DNA of 64,000 bases, from IMG/VR virus record IMGVR_UViG_2703718819_000006, one strand, 5' to 3'. Of this stretch, positions 56,601-64,000 are shown piece after piece (positions within the stretch are counted from its first letter, which is position 1; the number at the start of each line of letters is the position of its first letter). The DNA is from a virus. Its lineage: Duplodnaviria > Heunggongvirae > Uroviricota > Caudoviricetes. The position numbers were made by a program, and so were the translations under genes. A model generated the notes under the pieces. It did not search any database. It was not told where the DNA came from and saw only the letters and a list, made by a program, of their open reading frames with translations.

Positions 56601-58406
56601 GTTAACGATGCGAACGCGCATAGGTTCGAGATCTGGTTCTGTAATTGTCCAGACACCGTTCAAAACAGGCGTTTCCGCTGACGACAGAGCTTTTGAAAAC
56701 GTAACCTTTGTTATGTTTTCGCCAGTTTCAAGAACATCGCGTTCAACGATTTTGCCTTCCTGATTCAATATCCGAATAAAGCTGCCGCTTTTAGCTAACG
56801 ACACAGGCGCATCGAGAGTGATGCTGTTTTTGGTAAACTCCACAATTCGACCGGAGTTACGTTTACCTGCACGATATTTGTTCTGAATCAGAACGGTTTC
56901 ACCGGGCATCAGAAATGAGGCGTCTAAACCGGCAGTAAATGTAATTACATCCGACTCCATTCTGGCGGTATACAAAAGCCACAAACCAACTCGGTGAGCC
57001 TGGCCTCGGCTTGTACATCCAAATGCTACGACTTCTGTTTTACGCTCACCATAACGGCGCATTGCGTCCTGATCTTCAACGTACTCGATGTTTTGCTTAT
57101 AACCGTCCTCCTTGTTGTTGTAGGTTACGAGCGCAACGGATGGGCGATCTTTACGCGCAGAACCTTTATAGGTAAACAGTCCATCTTTGACGTTGGAGTT
57201 GGTAAACATCATTACCGGATCTGATGGACTATCCTGCATGATGTTAACCATGCCACCAGCCCAAAACACCATACCGCGGAATGCACCGGCAATATCCTGA
57301 ATTAATCGGTATGCGTCCTGTCGACTGGTGATCTGCGTATTGATTGCAAAGCGTTTCTCTTTACCACCAAAGCCATCATCAACCTCTTCGTCACAATATC
57401 GACCGATCTGGTATAGCTGGCCGAGGTCAATCATAGATTCCGACACATACTGACCAAGGCCATATCGAGCATTGGTAAGCAAATCAAAGAGAATCCACGC
57501 AGGGTTTGAAGAAGACAACAGCTTAAAAGTGCCATCCCATACACCATCATAAGTGTTGCTTGCCTCGTTGTAGTTTGACGGCACGCGAATTTTTAATCCA
57601 CGCACCAAATACGAACGAGATGGCATGGTGCTACCAAATTGCTCAGAATTAACCTTCAGACCCACCAGCACAGAGTTTGGGTAGTTCATCGGTGTATCTA
57701 CAATCTCACCTATTGAGTCCACCCATGTATCGTTATAGAGATACTGGCTGCTGTTATCATCGGTAATACGGACTACACGAACCTTGTACGCGCGTCCAGG
57801 CTTAGGCAGCTTCAGCTCATAGCTACGGTAATAAACACCTGTCTTCTTTGCAGTTAGCTTAATGCCAACGCTTTTTTCACCTTCTGCGACCACATCTACA
57901 AATGTTGAGTCGCCATTTGCTATCTGGAACTTGTACTCAACGGTTGTACCGTTCGTGTCACCAGTTTTTTTATCTATGCTTCGCAAAGAAGGAAACTTCA
58001 TGATGACACGAACCCGATCAGCTTCATCGTTATCGATTGAAACCGTTACATAATGTGTTTTTTTTAACTGGATATTGACGGATTTAGGCGTTTCAACGAA
58101 ATCAAAGCCAGACATTGGAGTCTGGTCTTGCGAACCGTCGCGAAAATCCCATGTGATTCCGCTGAAGTTGGAGGAACCGTCTTCATTTACAATCGGCAGA
58201 TCGTCGATAAAAATAGATCTTGCGCCATTTACCAAGCCGCCAATTACCCCTTCCCCAAGAAGATCGAGGATAGCGGCCATTGCACGAGAATTTACGGTAT
58301 CGTCGGCTTCAACCGGTGTACGGCTAGAGCTTTTGCTGCTTTTTTTACCACCCGCACCTGCAATAAACAGCGGTAACTTTTTCTTCTTGAACTGTTCCAT
58401 GTTCAA
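53673..58406 (-). CDS. central tail fibre / host-specificity protein (lambda gpJ-like)
   Basis: 1577 aa; segments VNSEQFGS, RVPSNYN, GVWDGTFK, AFGCTSRGQAHRVGLWLL parallel lambda J as recalled; includes about 33-aa tandem coiled-coil repeats (EQEARAxADxAL). Confidence 0.85.
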   Translation of the reverse strand: MNMEQFKKKKLPLFIAGAGGKKSSKSSSRTPVEADDTVNSRAMAAILDLLGEGVIGGLVNGARSIFIDDLPIVNEDGSSNFSGITWDFRDGSQDQTPMSGFDFVETPKSVNIQLKKTHYVTVSIDNDEADRVRVIMKFPSLRSIDKKTGDTNGTTVEYKFQIANGDSTFVDVVAEGEKSVGIKLTAKKTGVYYRSYELKLPKPGRAYKVRVVRITDDNSSQYLYNDTWVDSIGEIVDTPMNYPNSVLVGLKVNSEQFGSTMPSRSYLVRGLKIRVPSNYNEASNTYDGVWDGTFKLLSSSNPAWILFDLLTNARYGLGQYVSESMIDLGQLYQIGRYCDEEVDDGFGGKEKRFAINTQITSRQDAYRLIQDIAGAFRGMVFWAGGMVNIMQDSPSDPVMMFTNSNVKDGLFTYKGSARKDRPSVALVTYNNKEDGYKQNIEYVEDQDAMRRYGERKTEVVAFGCTSRGQAHRVGLWLLYTARMESDVITFTAGLDASFLMPGETVLIQNKYRAGKRNSGRIVEFTKNSITLDAPVSLAKSGSFIRILNQEGKIVERDVLETGENITKVTFSKALSSAETPVLNGVWTITEPDLEPMRVRIVNIAQGETPGSFDITAVENNPSKYEAIDNGATLIPQNTTVLDPTYSKPSNLQITEGTYLSSPGNLSVKLTATWEGKSPEYWISWRRSDENNVSNWQSARVTEEQYEIVNVAENGRYDFQLYAVSFNGKKTEIISTVYQVLGTMTPPDAPTSLTAVGDYRNVILNWINPDSVDLDHINVYASQTNNLDMATLIAESASTTFTHAGLGDSETWYYWIRASNKRGMLSPPNSNLGTEATTRDVLSFLEGKITSSELGQALLEDINSKASQEAVDELNDHINQSVESLEGTVNNVKEDIADLEKQFSDNIADFEITFNERSDALESAQNELRGEVSATIDKVNEAFEKIDATNAAIVEIENTVSEHDTALANAAEAISAARNEAAALIAEEREARVEGDAANAKQLEVLQSTVEESSAAVEEMKKTVAEVDRASAELTTNIEALAKTNIDLALRQDEDQHKQMVNNAKISTTQKTFADDMSAMATKVEEIRVELEEDIRSSILEESTARVDGDEALSNRVTQLQSKFEGDISAAISTEQEARASADEALTTQITQLESKVSDDIVAAIREEQEARATEDSALASQITQLQAKVDDDISAAIRSEQEARANGDSALAQQINQLRARVDDDISAAITQEQEARASADEALSREINSLRAQTGTDIAAAVAVETKARTDADSALSSQITSLTAKANDLEAYIARETTARADGDEALTRDLSSLITQTTNDIRADITTEAQARVDADSALSSRITTLTSKYKDDIKAAIATETQTRTEQDAALATQITNLESQTAANISAAVTTETTARTQADNALGGRIDTLRAEVNGNSATIQQQATAIADTNRKVSTAYTLKMETSTSGGQKYVAGIALGIDTTGLSQFLVQADRFGLVNSVNGQITTPFVIENSIAYMNGAYIKDGTITNAKVGDLQSTNFVSGRSGWRFGKNGTLEINGNSGGNGRLVINGQRIDVYDDNNVLRVRIGLL

Positions 58407-58418
58407 AAAAATCCTTGT

Positions 58419-59012
58419 TTACATTAGCTGGTCAATCGTGATTGAAGAACTCACAACCTGTGAGCCAACCAGAATTTCCTCGCCATAGATAAGTTGTACT
58501 GGATTGCCCTGGTTTTCTGTATTTTGAGGGCCGTCGAAATAATATGAGTTCGAATTATCCGCTTGCCTCACACTTTCGTTAGTGGCTTGTGGCGATATGA
58601 TTTGTGATATACCGCCCATCATCAGTGACAAACCGAGAGGTGCTAAAGCAGGCATCATTACCGCCGATACAACCAACAAAGCGGCCCCTACTACCGTCTG
58701 AAACCACCCAAAAGCAGATCCGCCGCTCCCTCGCGGAACAGGGGTAATGCGTATTTTGGCAATGTTGTCAGACTGCCCCATCATCTGATATTCACTCTCG
58801 TCCACAGACCACTTGTGGCCCTGTTTATTGGTGATCTGGATGTGGTATCTGTCATAGGTTTTGATATTGCGCTTCATCCATGCTTTAAACCCAGGCTTGT
58901 TGGCCTCAATTAAATCCAGAGCCTGTTTTGTATTACGCACCTTTAGATGCCAGTGGCGGCCAAAATGTTTGGCCATAGGGCCGCCAAGCTGCACATGAAC
59001 TAACTCAGACAC
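58419..59012 (-). CDS. tail assembly protein (lambda gpI-like)
   Basis: 197 aa; Gly/Ala-rich hydrophobic middle and position between the K-like and J-like genes. Confidence 0.65.
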   Translation of the reverse strand: MSELVHVQLGGPMAKHFGRHWHLKVRNTKQALDLIEANKPGFKAWMKRNIKTYDRYHIQITNKQGHKWSVDESEYQMMGQSDNIAKIRITPVPRGSGGSAFGWFQTVVGAALLVVSAVMMPALAPLGLSLMMGGISQIISPQATNESVRQADNSNSYYFDGPQNTENQGNPVQLIYGEEILVGSQVVSSSITIDQLM

Positions 59013-59824
59013 GTCTCATCTCCCTTGAGCAAGTCTCTGTGACGCAAGTGATGCGTCGTATGTTTCTGATACATCCCGCCGTAATAAGCACGACAACTAA
59101 GGCGGTCGATCTGGTGATGAAGAATCATTCCATCGCCGATATAAACCGCACAGTGGTCAGGCATTTTTCCGTATTGGATAAAGAAGACGTCCCCACGTTG
59201 AGGTTCTGTTCCGGGCGCAAGCCGTACCAATCCTTCGTTTCGGTAGTTCTGATCGAGAATGTCGTTATCGCCGGTGTACCACGATGGAATATGCAGGTGT
59301 GCGTTCGGGTTTAGTTCGACGTTAAACTCACGCTTCAAATAGTCCCGACACAACATCCAGCAATCGAATACGCCAAATACATACGGTCTGCCCAGGTATG
59401 GCATTTCGAAACCATCAGGTGTGATCACATTCATCTCGCTAAAATGGAAAGGGGCGTCTCCCTCAACATTCTTGCGAATAGCCAGAATCATCCACGGAAC
59501 TTCCGTCGCTTCGCAGCCTGCACGATCGGCATCAGATGCTTCTGCTGATTCATCAGTATGTGAATGCCAGATTGCGATAACATCACCAGCATCCTCTGCC
59601 GCCATAATGTCGTCAACATGCATTACAAAAGTGCTCTGCGGGTTCTCCGAAACATTTCGCGCTTCCATAAAGCGATATTTGTCGCCATTAGTTCTCACCA
59701 GAAAGCCACACGCTTCATTAGGGTAGCGATTTATGGCGCAGAGATAGATTTGCTGCATAACATCAGAGCCAAGCTCAGGGATTGCTTTATTACCCATATC
59801 GCGTAGCTCCAATAAACCCGCCAA
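59000..59824 (-). CDS. tail assembly protein (lambda gpK-like; JAB/MPN plus NlpC/P60)
   Basis: 274 aa; JAMM-type motif IWHSHTDESAEASDAD in the N-terminal half; C-terminal Cys/His region. Confidence 0.8.
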   Translation of the reverse strand: MAGLLELRDMGNKAIPELGSDVMQQIYLCAINRYPNEACGFLVRTNGDKYRFMEARNVSENPQSTFVMHVDDIMAAEDAGDVIAIWHSHTDESAEASDADRAGCEATEVPWMILAIRKNVEGDAPFHFSEMNVITPDGFEMPYLGRPYVFGVFDCWMLCRDYLKREFNVELNPNAHLHIPSWYTGDNDILDQNYRNEGLVRLAPGTEPQRGDVFFIQYGKMPDHCAVYIGDGMILHHQIDRLSCRAYYGGMYQKHTTHHLRHRDLLKGDETCLS

Positions 59825-60521
59825 AATGGATCACTCCGTTGGCAAAATAATTCCGACGCGCATTACAGGCGTCATAACGTTTTGTGCAGTAATCAGCACC
59901 AGACATAGACGTCTGCTGGTTATTTTTGTCGAAATATGGACCGGTATAGCCGCATTCTGGCCCTCGGTATTTCCACGGGCAGGTGTTTTTAATGATCTGA
60001 CGATACGGCAGTTGCACCCCCATCAAATCGAACACACTGGACAATTCAAACTCGACAACCTGATGAGTTTCGAGAGTTTTCTGTTCGATAAACCACATTT
60101 CATCCGGGAAATGTTGGTTTGGATCTGCTGTTGGGTTGCCGTCTTTAAAATTAACGGCATCGAGGAAGCGAGCCAGCGTCATCTTGCGAATAATGCGGCA
60201 GCCAACCAGATCGTCGTTCGCCTGAACTTCCGCAGAGACGGTTCCGGCAAAGTTCGATACCTGAATTTTTGGACGTGGCAACGTTCCCTGGCCAGTTTTG
60301 TCAAAGCCTGATGCTTTGATTGGCCACGGCTCGTATGTCACTCCTTGCCAGACGACCGGTTGCATCAGTTCGTTTGTTCCGGCGTGGAAAAACAGCTCCC
60401 CCCCTGAAGTTGTGTTCGACATATCCAGTACGAACAACTCAATGAGTGCAGAGGGAGATAAGCTCTGAATATCAGCTTTAATTCCCATTGTTTCATCCTT
60501 GAAATAAGTAGGCGCTGACAT
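59790..60521 (-). CDS. minor tail protein (lambda gpL-like)
   Basis: 243 aa; VVWQGVTYEPWPI, RFLDAVNFKDGNPTADP and C-terminal Cys cluster (CPWKYRGPECGY...C) parallel lambda L as recalled. Confidence 0.75.
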   Translation of the reverse strand: MSAPTYFKDETMGIKADIQSLSPSALIELFVLDMSNTTSGGELFFHAGTNELMQPVVWQGVTYEPWPIKASGFDKTGQGTLPRPKIQVSNFAGTVSAEVQANDDLVGCRIIRKMTLARFLDAVNFKDGNPTADPNQHFPDEMWFIEQKTLETHQVVEFELSSVFDLMGVQLPYRQIIKNTCPWKYRGPECGYTGPYFDKNNQQTSMSGADYCTKRYDACNARRNYFANGVIHFGGFIGATRYG

Positions 60522-60570
60522 CCTGTCAGCGCCACAATGATAGTAAATTAGTACCTACTTATCCAGATAC

Positions 60571-60906
60571 TTAAGCCTCAAATACTTGTCTGAATGTAGC
60601 AGTTAAGACACAGTACCCCTGATATCGCTTGACCGTATGACTGTCGCATACAACTACAATCCGTTTTCCTCTTGGATTAACCCAATAGAACGACTCAACG
60701 CCTGCTCGCTCAGTCAGGAAGTCATCGATTGCATTAATTTCGTTGTATGATCTGGTAAAGGTTAACGACCATTCTTCTTTAATACGATTAAGACCTTGAG
60801 CCTGTCGCTGCTCGTAGTCATCACCAAAATTAAGTACCGTTACATTCGGTTTTACGCTTTTTTCAGATTCGTAATCTGGATACCAATTAAACGTTTGTCT
60901 TTCCAT
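60571..60906 (-). CDS. minor tail protein (lambda gpM-like)
   Basis: 111 aa; size, position between the tape measure and gpL, and loose similarity to lambda M. Confidence 0.6.
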   Translation of the reverse strand: MERQTFNWYPDYESEKSVKPNVTVLNFGDDYEQRQAQGLNRIKEEWSLTFTRSYNEINAIDDFLTERAGVESFYWVNPRGKRIVVVCDSHTVKRYQGYCVLTATFRQVFEA

Positions 60907-60948
60907 CTCACATCCTTGTGAGACTGCCCCGGTCGGGGCAGTCGATAG

Positions 60949-63900
60949 TTAGTTACGTTGAGTGTTTGGGTTGAGTGATCCGCCAGGGCGTTTCTCTTGA
61001 GCGATAGTCTCAAGCGCGATTGCTTTCATCCGTTGAGCGGCATTGTTCCATATGCTTTCTGTATCGCCGGATTCTGTCGTGCTACCGTCACTATGGACGT
61101 TGATCTCAATTGATACAGGAGAAAGAACATTTCCGCCTCCACTCATACCATCGGTACTGAGCGTTACAGGGATTGTTCGGCCATCAGGCAATGGAACATA
61201 CGCCTCATTCATAGAACCTTCCCCAAACAACGCTAATTGAGGCGAGTTAGCAATACCGCCTTTCTGGTATGCCCGAAGCGGGATCACGCCGTCTTTTCCG
61301 AATATTCCTCCATTTGCAAACTTCGGGATTGCAGGAATGCCTTTAGTTCCGTCAGCCACACTGCTGGTTGCGGTTTTAGCAGAGCTTGATGTCACGCTGT
61401 CGAAACCACCACCTGCCCATACTGAAACCAACCCAGATGCAACTGTCGCGCCGAAATTCAACCACTTATTACCAGAGCCGGAAGCATTAGCTCCAAGCAT
61501 TGCAAACGCGGCAGACAGAGCACCGGTAACAGAGCTGAGGTTCTGCATCGAGAAGATGGAATCCTTCACTGCTTTTGTCTCAGCATCTTTGGCTTCGGTG
61601 CTATCAAATAGCCCCGATACCCAGCTACCAATCGCATTTGTTGCTGTGCCAATTGCGCTGGTGGTCTGCTGTGTTGTTTGCCCCAATCCAGTTACCGAAC
61701 TGGACGTCTCCTTCGTGGCTTCTCCTACAGACTTGTCGCCGTTAACAGTGTTGCCCATTCGTACCCCTTGATTGGCAACGGCGGAAGCAACCCCGGTCAG
61801 CAAATTACCACTCTGTGAACTACCAGCAGCGGTGGTTCCCATCCCCAACATGTTCATTAGAGGCAGCGTGATCTGCGACTTCACGACCATATTGGTGATA
61901 TCTTTCAAAATGGACTGAGATAGGCTGGAGAAGCTCATCTTCCCGTTAATAACGAAATCAGTCAGGACATCAGTTAAGCCACTAAACAAATCAGTCCAGG
62001 TGCTTTCGATCTGCTCTGCCAGGTTTTCGTATTCCAGTGCCAACTTCTGCGTCGCAGTCCCCGTCTCTTTAATAAGCGCGGTATTGCCAGCAGCAATCAG
62101 TTGATTGATTTTCTTTGTATAAAGCGCCACAACTTTAGGATCAGACGCCTTATCACGAAGTTCTATCAACGCTTTGAGATTGCGGTTGTAGGTGTCTTCG
62201 AAATCAGCAACTTTATCTTCGCGAGACGGCGTATAGCCAGCACTAATAATGGAATCCGACTCCGGTGCCCAGGTGGAGATCATCTGCTCAACATTGCGGC
62301 GATTAAACATCTCGCGATATTCAGGTGTCGCATTTTTGAGGTCTTCAAGACGTTTTTTCGCCTTGTCGATCATCTCTTGAGTGATGAACTCGTTAGGAAC
62401 CGCATTAGCCAAATCTGTCAGCGATTTCGTTGTATCGCGAAGAGACTGATCAAACGATACCGTAGCCTTAGAGCTTTCACCCATTTGCCCCATAAGCTGA
62501 TCGGCTTTGTCCAGAGCCTTCTGGTATCCGGCTGCCAGTTTCTGTTGCGCTGCCTGTTCCTTCTTGGCCGCACGCTGCGAGGCGTTAGCTGATCGTTGGG
62601 CTGCTTTCTCGGCAGCTGCTGCATCCTGTTCACGAGCTTTAGTCAGTGCAGCAATGGCTGCGGCACGCTCTTCATCGCTCATTTTCTCCAGAGAGCTGGC
62701 GCTGGATGCTTTCTGCAAATTAAGCTGCGTCTTGAGTTGTTTAGGCCCAATAATCGGCTTACCTTCGAAGTCCATCATCGGAGTGCCGTCAGGCAAAGTA
62801 CGTTGATAAGTCGCAGAATCCATCTGGTTTCGCATATATTGCGCCAGCGCCTTCTGAGCAGCTTTATCAGTTGTACCTAACCCAAGAACAGTCCCCTGGT
62901 TTGACATTACGCCCTTACCAGTTTTGGCCGCGTTATCTCTCTCGAACTCTGCCTGAGTCAGCTCCTGAGCAACGGCTTCCAAATGCTCCTGATAACCACG
63001 AATACTGCCTTGCAGTTTCTGGATCTGCTCGGTATTTCCATCCTTTTTGGCTTTTTCAAGCTGATCATTAAGAGTCGCAATTTGCTTCTCGGTCGCATTC
63101 TTACGAGAAGAAAGTGAATCAACCAGTTTTTGCGCAGGCTCCAGATAGCTTTTGTTTACCGTTTCACGTAACGGTGCCAATAGCTTGTTCTTTTCGTCAT
63201 CTGAAAGTGAACCGTCATCATTGATTTTCTGGATCTTATCCAGAGCCTCTTGCCGGGCTTTCACGAATGTTGCCGCGAAAATCTGGTTTTCCGCTCGAAT
63301 TTTCTCAATCTGAGATTCGGCAGCCTCTTTAGCCAAACGCTTTGCTACAGCGCCGTCACCAAGAGCTATCGTGCCGGTTATCTTTTGATACTCCTCCTGA
63401 TTTTTTTTCAGGCGTGCTTCGATGTCAGCCTTCGACTCTTTGTGAGTAATAACACCGGCAGAGTTAGATACGTAATTAACACCCTCACCAGTTTTTAATG
63501 CTCGTTGATCAGCAAGAATCTGCTTTTCGAGCTTTTCTGCGCGGTCGGCCATTTGTGCACGTTTGGCCGCTGTCATCGCTTCTGGTATTTTCCTAATCTC
63601 GTCAACGACCTTTGAAGTTTCGCTGCGGAGCATGGTCATGTACGTGATTAGGCCAGCAACAGCTACAGTGGCAACTGTAAATGCTGCCCCTATAGGGTTT
63701 GCTGCAATGAACGCCGTTAATCCAGCAAAAGCGCCTTTAAGCCCCGTAATCGCCCCACGGATGGCGAAAATAAGAGAGGGGATCGGAGCCAGCCCCATAC
63801 GTGCCGCACGATTGAATCGAGTTACTGCTGTAGCGCCGAGGTTAAATGGAGTCTGTATGGCGGTCGCCATCGTGGCAAAGGTGCTAACCATCTGGCTCCC

Positions 63901-63960
63901 AGCGCCAACTACCCCCATGATCCCTGCTCGCATCAGTTTGAACGCAACCATCGCGGCCAC
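60949..63960 (-). CDS. tail tape measure protein
   Basis: 1003 aa; hydrophobic N-terminal segments, long helical Ala/Lys/Glu-rich central region, Gly/Ser-rich C-terminus; upstream of the M/L/K/I/J order. GTG start at 63960, in-frame stop upstream at 63982. Confidence 0.8.
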   Translation of the reverse strand: MAAMVAFKLMRAGIMGVVGAGSQMVSTFATMATAIQTPFNLGATAVTRFNRAARMGLAPIPSLIFAIRGAITGLKGAFAGLTAFIAANPIGAAFTVATVAVAGLITYMTMLRSETSKVVDEIRKIPEAMTAAKRAQMADRAEKLEKQILADQRALKTGEGVNYVSNSAGVITHKESKADIEARLKKNQEEYQKITGTIALGDGAVAKRLAKEAAESQIEKIRAENQIFAATFVKARQEALDKIQKINDDGSLSDDEKNKLLAPLRETVNKSYLEPAQKLVDSLSSRKNATEKQIATLNDQLEKAKKDGNTEQIQKLQGSIRGYQEHLEAVAQELTQAEFERDNAAKTGKGVMSNQGTVLGLGTTDKAAQKALAQYMRNQMDSATYQRTLPDGTPMMDFEGKPIIGPKQLKTQLNLQKASSASSLEKMSDEERAAAIAALTKAREQDAAAAEKAAQRSANASQRAAKKEQAAQQKLAAGYQKALDKADQLMGQMGESSKATVSFDQSLRDTTKSLTDLANAVPNEFITQEMIDKAKKRLEDLKNATPEYREMFNRRNVEQMISTWAPESDSIISAGYTPSREDKVADFEDTYNRNLKALIELRDKASDPKVVALYTKKINQLIAAGNTALIKETGTATQKLALEYENLAEQIESTWTDLFSGLTDVLTDFVINGKMSFSSLSQSILKDITNMVVKSQITLPLMNMLGMGTTAAGSSQSGNLLTGVASAVANQGVRMGNTVNGDKSVGEATKETSSSVTGLGQTTQQTTSAIGTATNAIGSWVSGLFDSTEAKDAETKAVKDSIFSMQNLSSVTGALSAAFAMLGANASGSGNKWLNFGATVASGLVSVWAGGGFDSVTSSSAKTATSSVADGTKGIPAIPKFANGGIFGKDGVIPLRAYQKGGIANSPQLALFGEGSMNEAYVPLPDGRTIPVTLSTDGMSGGGNVLSPVSIEINVHSDGSTTESGDTESIWNNAAQRMKAIALETIAQEKRPGGSLNPNTQRN

Positions 63961-64000
63961 GACCTTACCGAGAGTTCTTTGCTAACCATTGAGCAAGCTG

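Noticed and set aside
49738-63960. T5-like (Demerecviridae) identity, suggested by DHFR, TS, RNR, tRNAs, SbcCD and a fibre with chaperone domain
   Set aside because: The tail module follows the lambda H-M-L-K-I-J order and the polymerase is DnaE-type rather than family A, which does not fit T5 as I recall it.
1-64000. Numerous plus-strand ORFs of 60-170 aa lying inside the large minus-strand genes (for example 897..1139, 5145..5417, 25250..25765, 39554..40213, 55282..55782, 61337..61771)
   Set aside because: They are antisense to well-supported genes with recognisable motifs, and have low-complexity or biased translations typical of shadow ORFs.

Overview
This 64-kb window looks like part of a large tailed-phage genome that also carries plasmid-type maintenance functions, i.e. 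a candidate phage-plasmid. Almost all genes are on the minus strand. From right to left: a lambda-like tail module (tape measure, gpM, gpL, gpK, gpI, gpJ-like protein, side tail fibre), a lysis cassette with overlapping spanins, then a GNAT toxin-antitoxin pair and a ParA partition module. Next comes a T4-like replication and recombination block: DnaB-like helicase, primase, ATP-dependent ligase, DnaE-type polymerase, gp32-like SSB, flap endonuclease, RecA/UvsX-like recombinase interrupted by an intein, SbcCD and a RuvC-like resolvase. The left end holds nucleotide metabolism genes (NrdAB, thymidylate synthase, DHFR, glutaredoxin). Plus-strand islands carry the accessory modules: an iteron-flanked Rep initiator with DnaA boxes and GATC clusters, an XRE regulator next to a tyrosine recombinase, a GIY-YIG protein, and the toxin-antitoxin pair. 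Four tRNAs (Ser, Thr, Tyr, Asn) sit in a 1.9-kb non-coding region full of long inverted repeats. Two palindromic motifs recur in intergenic regions. Gene content resembles SSU5/pHCM2-type elements of Enterobacteriaceae, but that is from memory and unverified. I found no single system I can confidently call new; the best candidates for something undescribed are the AAA+/vWA pair, the SPFH pair, the uncharacterised gene cluster at 14.7-18.3 kb and the structured tRNA-flanking region. All calls come from reading the sequence and the supplied ORF translations; no searches were run.
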